Source: Paramoeba atlantica
Taxonomy: Eukaryota > Protista > Discosea
Assembly: GCA_977017575.1 (NCBI GenBank)
Contig: CDRNVI010000056.1
Location: 310,001-374,000 of the forward strand
Direction: 5' to 3'
DNA: 64,000 nucleotides
Within the stretch, counting starts at the first letter, position 1; each line of letters begins with the position of its first letter. The position numbers were made by a program, and so were the translations under genes. A model generated the notes under the pieces. The model was not told where the DNA came from and made no database searches. It worked only from the letters and a program-made list of their open reading frames with translations. Below are positions 42,168 through 52,786 of this stretch, piece by piece.

Positions 42168-45100
42168 ATGTCAGGCGAAGACCACTTTGAAGAGCCATCT
42201 CCTATGGATGACGATTCGTTTTTGCATGAGGAGGCGACTCATAAAACAGGATCCTGGGACCAGTTCGCGGGTAATGCGCATCTCATTAAACAGCCGAGTA
42301 CCTACAATGAACTACTATACACAACTCCTATACCTGCGAATATTCCTCATGACTGGTGCAAAAATGCTGCTTTGATTTCCCACGAAAAACCGACGCCTGA
42401 TACAGGACGCGAAGATGGCAGCGATGAAGAATCAAATCACTCTCGTGTGCTTATCGGCCCAGATCACAACACCCAATCACCACAGTCTGAAAAGGATTCT
42501 GTCGCAAGGAAGTTCTCTCGACGTCGAGTAGCCACTATACCTCCCTGCGCTAAAGGACATATTCGAGGCATCATAAAAACCACCAAGACGCGAGAGAAAA
42601 CCACGCCCATTAGAGGCGAAGCGTCGGACCTTAGGGCACACGACAAGGACCCATGCGATAGAGGAGATTCTCCTGCAATGGAGCTCGATCAATCCGCTGG
42701 GACCGCCGTTCACGAACAAACTCCCCCTTATTTCCCGCTGTCGCAGCAACAAGGAACGTTCCCAGCTAACAGGTGTGAAGAAGAAGTTGACTCAGCGGAA
42801 GTGAGTCAAAAACAACTGGAACATGGCCCCACCAGCTCACAAGATCCACCCCTACCCTGCAATAGGGTCGACGCTCGAGAGTGCCCAGCCCAGGGATGCT
42901 CATGGCGGAGCTTACCGCATGGCGGGTCGTGGCAAGCTTTCTATAACCACGTCGCTTGCCGGCATGGAAGCAGCATTCCTGCAGAGTGGTGGGAGGGGGA
43001 GGGTCGCTTCGTATGTTCCTCTTGCGGGCGTAACTATGATAAAAGCAAGCGTTCATCTCACTCTCATAGCTGCCAAGCAACAAAGGCCTCCTCATTACCC
43101 GAACCTCACGCCGAAACCCTTTCTGAGGAAGACAGCCCCACCCTGGTGGATGGAACCACGCAGCTCGAGCTTCCATCTTTATCCAATATCTGCTCACTAC
43201 CCCTTAGTACGTGCAAAGACGTACCGCATCGATGCCGCCAGTTGTGGGGCGAAATTCTTACAGAGGCCATGGATAACGCCGTCAAAGAAAATACGCTGCA
43301 GTCATGGACCTTGTTGGCCATGTTGCCTAAATGTGTCCTTCCCGCCCCGCGCCGTGGAGGGCGCAAAGGTCACATGGCTTACGCTTCCCACGCCTACAGT
43401 TGCATGCAGCGTTGGCTTGCGTTGGATTATTCCTCCCTATGGCAAGAGGCCACGACGAACTACCGCAAAAAGAAAGTAACTCCTACCGAGGATAGTGATG
43501 AAGATGAAAAAGCAGCACTAAGGGCAGAACTCCTTGCTCGACAGGGAGAATATTCCAGAGGCATGGCTGCTCTAACGTCAGACCCCATGGCTCCGGACGA
43601 CGACGACACATTCTCTAAATTACAAGAAAAGCACCCCTGCCGTTTGCTCGTTCCGGGGGCCGCCAACTTTTTCCCCGCAGCAGAGCCCCTGGAGTTGGAT
43701 GAATCTGAAATCGCGAAGGCAATCAAGGGCTTTCACAGAGGCTCCTCCGCGGGTACCTTGGGATTACGCCCCGAGCATTTACAGGCAGCGCTCCTTACCC
43801 ACGGAGGCAAGAACACAGACCCACTCGAATCCCTTACGAAGCTCGCTAATCATCTCCTCGCAGGAAAAGCACCAAAGGAAGTACAGAGTCACTTTGCGGG
43901 AGCCCGACTGTGTGCCCTAGAGAAAGGTGAAAACGACGTTCGCCCAATTGCCGCCGGGGAAACTTTGCGACGGTTAGTGAGCAAGGCTGCATGCAACGCA
44001 GTCAGGTCCAAGGCTAGAACTCTTTTTGCAGGACGGCAATTTGGTGTGGCTACCCCAGCTGGGAATGAACGCATTATCCACATGTGCCGCTTGGCCATCT
44101 CATCAAACATGGACTGCTCCAACTTTGTACTCTGCAAAGTTGACCTACGGAACGCTTTCAACAACGTGAGCAGGACTTGTTTTCTTCCTCTAGTCCAAGA
44201 GCACTTCCCAGAGCTATTCCCATGGATAAGCTGGTGTTACTCGAACCCCAGCTCCCTCACCTATGGACTCCGATCACTTTCTTCTGAAGAGGGAGTGCAA
44301 CAGGGCGACCCTTTAGGACCGCTACTCTTCTCGCTAGTGTCCTTAGCGCTCGCAGAAGCAATTGCTCTTCAGGCTAACCTCTTTGCCCAGTTATGGTACC
44401 TCGATGACGGCGTCCTCATTGGACAAGCGCAAGACGTTAGGAACGCCCTCGACACGATTGCCCGAGTAGGTCCACAATGGGGTTTACATCTTAACATGTC
44501 TAAATGTGAGATCGTTACACCCCCGGCATCGGCACACCACGCCTCCGAATTTCCAGATATCCCCTCCAATAAGATCAATGTCCACGGCAATTTCGACATC
44601 CTTGGGAGCCCGGTGGGATCGCCAGAACATTGCTCAGAGTACCTCGAGACACATGCCATAGGCCCCGCGGAGGACACGCTTGACGCGATAGCCACCATCC
44701 GGGACCCACAGGTCGCACTTGCCCTTATCAGACAGTGTGCTGGGTTTTGCAAGATGGTGTACGCTCTGAGAAGTACACCGCCCCAAGCCATAACCCATCT
44801 ATGCACCCGACTCGACGGCTTTCTTATGACTGCTACCGAAGCAATAATTTGCCCCCTGGATCGCCACGCGCGATCTCAGGTACAGCGTTTGAAGCGGCAC
44901 GGCGGTTTTGGATTAAGGTCCGCAGCGTTGCACGCCACGGCCGCCTACGTATCTTCCGTCGCTTTCTGTGCGGCCAGAGACTCATGGAACCCCACTGACG
45001 CAGATGGATTCGCGGAAGCTGTCAGGGATATCAACAAGAAGGCCGGAATATCTTTACTTGACTCGCGAGGCCGTATCCTCACAGCGCCGAACGCCCCTTG

Positions 45101-46160
45101 CGAAAAAGCAGTTGGCAGCCCTTTCTCCCATAGAAAGAGGAAACGCCCCCTAGGTGTCATCGATCAGCCTCCCTCGGAGATCTGCCTACCCCTGCGCATA
45201 ACTTCCCGCACCATGCATACACCTGAGGAAATACACTTTTCTACACCGCTGTACGCCTCGGAGGATTGTGCTGATACGACCCCCCCGCAATGGTTGAAAG
45301 GGAAGATCCCTCGCCAGCGAGACATCAGCTACGCGATCGCGGCCCACGATTTCTCCCAATCATACGAAATGTCAGATGTGCGGACACGAGCACGATGGAT
45401 ATCTCAGTGCGGTAAAGGGGCAAGCAGCTGGGCTTTTGTAACCCCGTCTAAGGACATGGGGTATTCCTTTACCCCTACAGCATTTCGAACCTTGGCCCGT
45501 TGGTGGTTAGGGATCGATGTTTACCCTGAAGAAGGGAAGTGTCCTATGCCGAAATGCCCTCTTCCACTCGACACAAAAGGGGACCACGCATTGTCTTGCA
45601 AGCACGACAACGGAATTATCGCGAGGCACAATGCCGTGGCAGATCACTTCACGGACCTTTGCAGCAGAGCCAAACTGGCCCCACAACGGGAGAAAAGTCT
45701 TGGCAACAGAGGCCCAGGGGGGGGCCTCACCAGACCTGGCGACGTATACCTGCGCAGTCTTTTCTTGGGGAATCCCATCGTGCTTGACTTCGCGGTCACC
45801 CATGCTCAGCAACTAAAATATACGGACAAAGTCCGGAACGCTAGCTGGGTAACCGCGGGGTCGTTTGCCGAGCATTATTCCTCCATGGAGAAGGGTAGGC
45901 AGCGCCGGGAAGCCGTTGACGCCGGGTGTGACTTTACGGCCATGGTGGTCGAAAGCTATGGCGCCTGGAGCCCCAGTGCTTCAGCAGTGATCCGCAAAGT
46001 TGGGGAACGTCTCTCACATGCCTCGTGTGGGTTATTGACAGAGGGGGAAGCCACGAGCAGAATCTTTACGGAGCTGAACGTCACCCTCATGCGCCTTCAG
46101 GCGCGCATGATGGTTACTCGTTTACTTCCTGAGGATCCGCTCTCTCCTACGGAGGTGTAA
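42168..46160 (+). CDS. LsmAD-like + C2H2 ZnF + reverse transcriptase + CCHC + restriction-like endonuclease polyprotein
   Basis: WDQF..N..L..S.Y.E.LYTT; CPAQGC..HVACRH; RPIAAGETLRRL; KVDLRNAFN; GVQQGDPLGPLLFSL; WYLDDG; C..C..DTKGDHALSC; RHNAV; RPGDV..LDFAVTH; VVESYGAW. Confidence 0.95.
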   Translation: MSGEDHFEEPSPMDDDSFLHEEATHKTGSWDQFAGNAHLIKQPSTYNELLYTTPIPANIPHDWCKNAALISHEKPTPDTGREDGSDEESNHSRVLIGPDHNTQSPQSEKDSVARKFSRRRVATIPPCAKGHIRGIIKTTKTREKTTPIRGEASDLRAHDKDPCDRGDSPAMELDQSAGTAVHEQTPPYFPLSQQQGTFPANRCEEEVDSAEVSQKQLEHGPTSSQDPPLPCNRVDARECPAQGCSWRSLPHGGSWQAFYNHVACRHGSSIPAEWWEGEGRFVCSSCGRNYDKSKRSSHSHSCQATKASSLPEPHAETLSEEDSPTLVDGTTQLELPSLSNICSLPLSTCKDVPHRCRQLWGEILTEAMDNAVKENTLQSWTLLAMLPKCVLPAPRRGGRKGHMAYASHAYSCMQRWLALDYSSLWQEATTNYRKKKVTPTEDSDEDEKAALRAELLARQGEYSRGMAALTSDPMAPDDDDTFSKLQEKHPCRLLVPGAANFFPAAEPLELDESEIAKAIKGFHRGSSAGTLGLRPEHLQAALLTHGGKNTDPLESLTKLANHLLAGKAPKEVQSHFAGARLCALEKGENDVRPIAAGETLRRLVSKAACNAVRSKARTLFAGRQFGVATPAGNERIIHMCRLAISSNMDCSNFVLCKVDLRNAFNNVSRTCFLPLVQEHFPELFPWISWCYSNPSSLTYGLRSLSSEEGVQQGDPLGPLLFSLVSLALAEAIALQANLFAQLWYLDDGVLIGQAQDVRNALDTIARVGPQWGLHLNMSKCEIVTPPASAHHASEFPDIPSNKINVHGNFDILGSPVGSPEHCSEYLETHAIGPAEDTLDAIATIRDPQVALALIRQCAGFCKMVYALRSTPPQAITHLCTRLDGFLMTATEAIICPLDRHARSQVQRLKRHGGFGLRSAALHATAAYVSSVAFCAARDSWNPTDADGFAEAVRDINKKAGISLLDSRGRILTAPNAPCEKAVGSPFSHRKRKRPLGVIDQPPSEICLPLRITSRTMHTPEEIHFSTPLYASEDCADTTPPQWLKGKIPRQRDISYAIAAHDFSQSYEMSDVRTRARWISQCGKGASSWAFVTPSKDMGYSFTPTAFRTLARWWLGIDVYPEEGKCPMPKCPLPLDTKGDHALSCKHDNGIIARHNAVADHFTDLCSRAKLAPQREKSLGNRGPGGGLTRPGDVYLRSLFLGNPIVLDFAVTHAQQLKYTDKVRNASWVTAGSFAEHYSSMEKGRQRREAVDAGCDFTAMVVESYGAWSPSASAVIRKVGERLSHASCGLLTEGEATSRIFTELNVTLMRLQARMMVTRLLPEDPLSPTEV

Positions 46161-46224
46161 ACGTTCGTAAGCGTCGACCGCGCCCCTTTTGGCACGGGAA
46201 CACGTTTGCGCCCATGAAGAGCTG

Positions 46225-46473
46225 GTCGGGATGCTGGTCGAGTCGACAGAGTCTATACTCACGCCTAGCCCGCGAGGGCTAGGTACCCCAAGTGAGGTAG
46301 TACACGGGTAGTGAATCTCCTCCCCGTCGGCCAGCATCCTGTTTCGTGACCGTGTCGCTGTCGACACAGGCCCGCGCCTGCGCCCTCCCGTATAGCAAGG
46401 GAAGGGTTCACAAGTCAGGCCGTGGAGTGGTCGAAAGACCCGGTCCGGAACGCGCGAATGGATTGGGTCTGGA
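46225..46473 (+). repeat. Conserved structured 3'-UTR module of the CRE-like family
   Basis: Reverse-complement copies at ~5010-5237 and 5335-5421; stems GGATGCTGGTCGA/TCGGCCAGCATCC, CCTAGCCC/GGGCTAGG and GGTC-GAAA-GACC. Confidence 0.85.
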
Positions 46474-47041
46474 TTGCTTGTTTTTATTTTTACTGTGTCT
46501 TATTTGTCGTATATACTTAGGGGAGATTGAATTGCTAGTTTTGGGCTGAGAAAAAAGAAAAAGAAAATATACTTCTGTGGAAATGAAAAGAATTGCTAAT
46601 TTGATTGCTTGTTTTAAATTCATATACCCAAAAAAAAATTCAACTTGGCGAAAAAAATGACAAAAAAAATATTTTTCCAAAATCGTTTCCCCTATTGTAT
46701 TTTGATAGTTTGGGACCTACACTAGCTTTCTCCTCAGTTGCTTTCGCAAGGTATCCCTTCTTCGAACCGTGGTGCGCCCCTCAAAATGACCCAATTTTGA
46801 CTAAAAGAGGTGAAAAAGTATTTTTCAGACCCCAAGGGGCCTTCTTGTGTTGAAAGAATGGTATGGTTGGAGTCGCATTCTCTACCCAATACGTTCGGTA
46901 GGCTTTCATTCATGCCTACGAGTGATTTCCCATGCGCAAATGTCGGATTTAGTGCTCTGACAGCAAAAATACGCGAAAATCACCCCATTTTTACTCGAAA
47001 TTCGGCTATTTTTGGCTATAATCTTTCCGTTTTCCAGGCTA

Positions 47042-47164
47042 AATTTTCTTTTTTAGGCTCTTCGTTAAACGCGGCGGTAGTTTTCAACGCGAAGCGCGCA
47101 GCATGAGTGACTTCTAAGTTGAAAACAACCACCGCGTTTAACGAAGAGCCTAAAAAAGAAAATT
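47042..47164. mobile_element. ~125-bp MITE-like foldback
   Basis: ~33-bp TIR AATTTTCTTTTTTAGGCTCTTCGTTAAACGCGG; a second diverged copy at ~63872-63985. Confidence 0.7.
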
Positions 47165-47344
47165 ATCAATGTGCGAGTGGTCCCCCATTTTTTTCAAATT
47201 TTTTTTTCAGTTTTGGACCACCGGAGCCCCCTTTTATATTTTTTTCTTCTATTATATTACTGTGTTCCTCTTTATATTTTCACTGTTTTTGTTCACTTTT
47301 TTTTCAATAATCGAGTGTAGAGCGGTAGTTTTACAACCACCGCA

Positions 47345-47610
47345 ATGCATAGTTACTGCACATTGATAATGCATAACGTGCCGCACATTGATAATGCATA
47401 TAGCACATTGATAATTCATAGTTTCTGCACATTGATAATGCATATAGCACACTGATAGTGCATACTAAGCGGCACATTGATAATGCATATAGCACATTGA
47501 TAATGCATATAGCACAATGATAATACATATAGCACATTGATAATGCATATAGCACATTGATAATGTATACAGCACATTGATAATGCATACAGCACATTGA
47601 TGATGCATTA
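47345..47610. repeat. 20-bp minisatellite GCACATTGATAATGCATATA
   Basis: More than 10 tandem units; inverted copy at 53178-53400. Confidence 0.9.
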
Positions 47611-48032
47611 TTTGGAAATTAAAGGTGTTTTCAAGAAATTGTGAACACTCGTCTCTGCTCCCGGTGAGGCTCCGGAGTTGCGAGAGGCCTCCATACCCCA
47701 CAACTACCACCTTCCTCCCTATTTAGCGTGGGTCGCGCGAGCGACCCCTGATAAAATGGGGGGAAGGTGGTAGTTGTTTTGGGGAATATGAGAGGCATAA
47801 GTACATGCGCGTGTATATAAAGGACGTACATTTATGGATAAGAATCGGATGTCTTTGTTACTGAGACAAACCTCAGATACGAGAGGAGAAAAGAAACGAA
47901 GCGGAGCTGTGGACGCGTTTATTGCAGAAGGTTATTGTTCAGAGGTATAATATCTTGGACGATTATTACGATGATCGCAATTTTGAAATTGAAATAGCAA
48001 TTTTGGTGATATGATGCTGCCTATAAAGTCCG

Positions 48033-49050
48033 TCATTCTGATTCTTCCGACGTGTCTACTAAGAACCCGCTACGTACCTTCGGAGCAATGTTACCTCGAA
48101 TGTTTTCGGCAAGCTCCTTTGGGCTGCTGTTCTGGAGAATTTCCATAGGTCGTTGGTTAATTGAATCACACAGAGTGGCTTGAGAAATGTCAGTGAAAAC
48201 AACGCGCTTCGGGTAGAAATCGCGAACCAGACCATTGAAATGTTCTACCCCGCCCTTTTCCCAACTTGCGTAGGGCTTGCAAAAGAAAGATAAACAGCCT
48301 AATGCTTCATTCACTGCCTCGTGCTTCGCAAACTCGGAGCCGTTGTCATAGGTCAAAGTACGAACCTGATAACCTCGCAGTGCTTGGATAATTTCCTGCG
48401 CAACGAGATCCGACCTTTTGCAAGACAGCTTGCGAAGGATGCCAAACCGGCTTTTCCGTTCTACAAGACTGAGAAAAAAGCCGCTGTGCTTACTCCCTTC
48501 AATTAGGTCGCATTCCCAGTCTCCATACCGGGACTGACTCCGTACCGGTACCGACTGAATCGGGGCGTTCGCTAATATCCGTCCGGTTTGGTATTTTCAG
48601 ACGATTCGTGCCACGACGTCGTCTGCCACGACCTCCCCCCCGCCGAAGAAACTTGACCAAGTTCCCCGCTCTGTCTTCGCGTTTGATAAATCCGTAAATT
48701 GCTACACGTGACGGTTTTACGCCATCTTCCTTATATATTGCAGTCGCAATTTGTTGAGGGCTAAATCGCTTTTCCAGAAAGGAGAGAACTTTATGTCGCA
48801 TTGAACCGGAAATCTTAAGCTTCTTCCCCTTGCGTTTTGTCATGGCTTTTTCACTCGTCCCTTGCGCACGCTTTGCACTGTACTCGCCGAGACGTGCGCC
48901 TCGCTTGAGCTCCCGGCTCACAGTAGCCTGGCTTACTCCCAGTTTTTCTGCTATTTCTTCTTGCGAGAAGACTTATTGATTATAGAACACTGCGATAGTT
49001 TCCCGGGCCTCGGTGTCTAAGCGTTTGGTTTTACGTTGGGAAACTGACAT
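48033..49050 (-). pseudogene. Second IS30-family transposase (premature stop near the N-terminus, one frameshift)
   Basis: MSVSQRKTKRLD..YNQ*VFSQEEIAEKLG; FSPQQI; (frameshift) YGDWECD; TYDNGSEF; CKPYASWEKGGVE. Confidence 0.9.
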
Positions 49051-49061
49051 TCTGGAGGTCA

Positions 49062-49266
49062 AACCCAGATTGAAAGGGGCGAGGGAGATACGAAGCAACA
49101 GGCGTGGCAGATTCCTACTGAAAAGAAATGGTATCTCCCCGCACGAGAAAAGCCTTTGCGCTTGCTAGCTCGGAGACAAACTTCGTGCGGGAGATACCAT
49201 TTCTTTTCAGTGGGAATCTGCCACGCCTGTTGCTTCGTATCTCCCTCGCCCCTTTCAATCTGGGTT
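49062..49266. mobile_element. ~205-bp foldback MITE
   Basis: ~90-bp arms ACCCAGATTGAAAGGGGCGAGGGAGATACG...; copy at 61768-61973; degenerate copy at ~41375-41545. Confidence 0.8.
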
Positions 49267-49270
49267 ATAC

Positions 49271-50277
49271 GGCGGGCCGTTCGAGGCGGTGCAGACCCGC
49301 TGGCGCGGGTGGTGCTTTACCTCGTGACAAGTAATCTTGAAGGAAACAAGCTTCTGAAATCTTTTTTTTGAAGGGCCCGCCCGGCGGGCCCTTCGAGGCG
49401 GTGCAGACCCGCTGGCGCGGGTGGTGCTTTACCTCGTGACAAGTAATCTTGAAGGAAACAAGCTTCTGAAATCTTTTTTTTGAAGGGCCCGCCCGGCGGG
49501 CCCTTCGAGGCGGTGCAGACCCGCTGGCGCGGGGAGTGCTTTACCTCGTGGCAGGTAATCTTGAAGGAAACAAGCTTCTGAAATCTTTTTTTTGAAGGGC
49601 CCGCCCGGCGGGCCCTTCGAGGCGGTGCAGACCTGCTGGCGCGGGGAGTGCTTTACCTCGTGGCAGGAATCTTGAAGGAAACAAGCTTCTGAAATCTTTT
49701 TTTTGAAGGGCCCGCCCGGCGGGCCCTTCGAGGCGGTGCAGACCCGCTGGCGCGGGGAGTGCTTTACCTCGTGGCAGGTAATCTTGAAGGAAACAAGCTT
49801 CTGAAATCTTTTTTTTGAAGGGCCCGCCCGGCGGGCCCTTCGAGGCGGTGCAGACCCGCTGGCGCGGGGAATGCTTTACCTCGTGACAGGTAATCTTGAA
49901 GGAAACAAGCTTCTGAAATCTTTTTTTTGAAGGGCCCGCCCGGCGGGCCCTTCGAGGCGGTGCAGACCTGCTGGCGCGGGGAGTGCTTTACCTCGTGGCA
50001 GGTAATCTTGAAGGAAACAAGCTTCTGAAATCTTTTTTTTGAAGGGCCCGCCCGGCGGGCCCTTCGAGGCGGTGCAGACCCGTTGGCGCGGGGAGTGCTT
50101 TACCTCGTGGCAGGTAATCTTGAAGGAAACAAGCTTCTGAAATCTTTTTTTTGAAGGGCCCGCCCGGCGGGCCCTTCGAGGCGGTGCAGACCCGCTGGCG
50201 CGGGGAGTGCTTTACCTCGTGACAAGTAATCTTGAAGGAAACAAGCTTCTGAAATCTTTTTTTTGAGGGGCCCGCCC
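49271..50277. repeat. Nine tandem 112-bp units with 12-bp terminal inverted repeats
   Basis: Unit starts at 49271, 49383, 49495, 49607, 49718, 49830, 49942, 50054 and 50166; junction GAAGGGCCCGCC-C-GGCGGGCCCTTC. Confidence 0.95.
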
Positions 50278-50603
50278 GGCTAACATTTTGCCTCTGGGAG
50301 GTCTATGTTCGATTCTACTTACGTCTTGTTTATGTTAAGCATTGAGCCGTTTATGTTGTACTTTAATAATGCAAAAGTGCACCTATGGGCACGTTCACTG
50401 GCTCAGTGAGACGGAACCGAGGTTCCCCCAACACTTACACCAGGTCGTGCATACGGAACATTTCGTTCGTTGACAGTTCTTTATGTATCTCTGCTTGGTT
50501 AGCGAACAGGCATTAAGCTCAGACGCCACGTCAAGGCGAGAGATAATTGTCTGAGGACCTTCTTCTCACGAAGAAGGTATTCAAAATGAATGTGATTTTC
50601 GTA

Positions 50604-51150
50604 TCAATTTATTTTAGTTTTTTCAGGTACGTATTTTTCATTGCCTTCCTTCTGCGTCATAAGTTTCACGAATTTCGAAACGTCGGCGTTGGGTCGCAAG
50701 TTTTCCAAGTAGCTAAAGCCTCCATCACTTCTTTCAGGGAGTAACCAAAGTTGACTCACACTTTTTACTCTTGAGAGGGCCACGTACACCGAGGCATGAC
50801 ATAACATCTTGCTGTGATAGCATGTTGGTCTGCGGTTCAAGTCTATGCAGACATTTTCTGTAAGAGTAGCTCCCTGTACTTTGTGAATGGTGTAAGAGAA
50901 GCCGCACCCAATTTCAAGCTCATCATCAATATCACTTTTTCGAAATTCAGCCGAAAGATTTCCGTCTACTGTTGAGGCCGAGATGCCAGCTATTGAGAAG
51001 GCTGTGCAATCCAAAATTTTACCAGGCCTTCCATTTTCTTTAATGTATGAGCTTAATTCTTCTTTGGTCTTCTCGTTCTTTACAATGATTTCATCTTCAA
51101 TCATTAGCGTACCATTCACTAGTCGCCTCTGCGGGCATAGGTTGACTAGG
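50604..51150 (-). pseudogene. PIF1-like (Helitron-type or host) helicase C-terminal fragment
   Basis: CLVNL...LVNGT, YTIHKVQGATL..VCIDL, VYVALSRV. Confidence 0.8.
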
Positions 51151-51399
51151 CACATCACGGGTTTCCCAGGAACAGAAAGGCCAGCTGGCCACTTTTCGAC
51201 GAAGCACAAACCGTGTTTTTGGTGGCCAGCTGGCCACCCTTCCACAACATGGCCAGCTGGCCACCCTTCCACAAATTGGCCACTTCTAAAACATGGTCAC
51301 TTCCAAAACATGGCCACTTCCAAAACATGGTCACTTCCACAACATGGCCAGCTGGCCACTCTTCCACAACACTCTCCCACCCCCGTGGGACTCACTCAG

Positions 51400-52350
51400 T
51401 GGACTCACTCAACGTGAGTCACTGCCCCACGTGGCAGTGCTCTGACTCTCTCACGTGCCACTGTAGGTACAGTGCCGATGCAGTCACTACCTTACGTGGC
51501 AGTACTCTCACTCTCTCACGTGCTACTGCAGCTGCACTGCATCACTGCAGTCACTGCCTCACGTGGCATTGCCTCTCACTCTGCCACTGTATCTACACTG
51601 CAGTCACTGCCTCACGTGGCAGTACTCTCACTCTCTCACGTGCTACTGCAGCTACACTGCAGTCACTGCCTCACGTGGCACTACTCTTACTCTCGCACGT
51701 GCCACTGCAGCTACACTGCATCACTGCCTCACGGGGCACTGCTCTCACTCTCTCACGTGCCACTGTAGGTACAGTGCCGATGCAGTCACTGCCTCACGTG
51801 GCAGTACTCTCACTCTCTCACGTGCTACTGCAGCTGCACTGCATCACTGCAGTCACTGCCTCACGTGGCACTGCCTGTCACTCTGCCACTGTATCTACAC
51901 TGCAATCACTGCCTCACGTGGCAGCACACTTACTCTCTCACGTGCTACTGCAGCTGCACTGCATCACTGCAGTCACTGCCTCACGTGGCAGTAATCTTAC
52001 TCTCTCACGTGCCACTGTAGCTACACTGCAGTCACTGACTCTCTCACATTCCACTGTATCTACACTGCATTCACTGCCTCACGTGGCAGTAATCTTACTC
52101 TCGCACGTGCCGCTGCAGCTGCGCTGCAGTCACTGACTCTCTCACATTCCACTGTATCTACACTGCATTCACTGCCTCACGTGGCAGTAATCTTACTCTC
52201 GCACGTGCCGCTGCAGTTGCGCTGCATCACTGCAGTCACTGCCTCACATAGCAGTGCACTTACTCTGGCACGTGCCACTGCAGCTGCACTGCATCACTGT
52301 GCAATCACTGCCTCACGTGGCACTGCTTTCACTCTCTCAAGGTCCACTGT
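51400..52350. repeat. Complex CACGTG-rich minisatellite (~20/45-bp hierarchical units)
   Basis: Repeats of CAGTCACTGCCTCACGTGGCA and CTCTCACGTG.CACTG.AGCT; bracketed by AAACCGT.TTTTTGGTGGCCAG.TGGCCAC direct repeats. Confidence 0.9.
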
Positions 52351-52531
52351 AGCTACACACTGTACCACTCGGACCTGCACATTATTTTGCTCTCTATACG
52401 TATACGAAATGCAAACCGTATTTTTGGTGGCCAGTTGGCCACTTTTTTCAAGAAAAAAAAATCTGAAAAAATAAATCGTTCCGAATTTGTTTTTTTCGCG
52501 ATTTTGAGCATATAAATTTTTTTGTTCAAAA

Positions 52532-52605
52532 ATGTCGATGCCGGGAATCGAACCGCGGACATCCAGCGTCAAAATGGAACCCCTTTACCAACTGGAGTAC
52601 TCAAA
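52532..52605 (-). pseudogene. tRNA-like sequence / tRNA pseudogene
   Basis: Perfect B box GGTTCGATTCC and an A-box-like TACTCCAGTTGG, but the acceptor and anticodon stems do not pair well. Confidence 0.5.
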
Positions 52606-52786
52606 GGACTATCCTTAGTCAACCAGTTTGTCGTATCGCAGACCTTTGCAGACGCACTTTTTTTTACCAAAAGTGTTCTACAATTTGGGAAATGAGGTCG
52701 TTGTAGATGATTTTTCGAGTATTAAAGAGTTCATCTAATGAGCTACTGCTACGTTTTAAAATTTTGAAAAAACTCGATCTCTCGCT

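Larger units (their letters stand above)
42090..46570 (+). mobile_element. Apparently full-length CRE/SLACS-clade non-LTR retrotransposon, SL-capped
   Basis: SL exon 42090-42121, single 1330-aa ORF, structured 3' UTR, A-rich end ~46550-46568. No TSD found. Confidence 0.92.

Noticed and set aside
41680-46740. ~100-bp diverged direct repeats (41680-41790, 46630-46740) as LTRs or TSD of the CRE element
   Set aside because: They are not adjacent to the element ends and are clearly diverged; more likely a separate dispersed repeat.
49271-50277. 112-bp array as 5S rRNA, SL RNA genes or CRISPR
   Set aside because: No 5S similarity on either strand, no SL exon, and the units are near-identical without spacers.
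51213-52474. ORFs across the CACGTG minisatellite and the other minisatellites
   Set aside because: They are translations of tandem repeats lacking stops.
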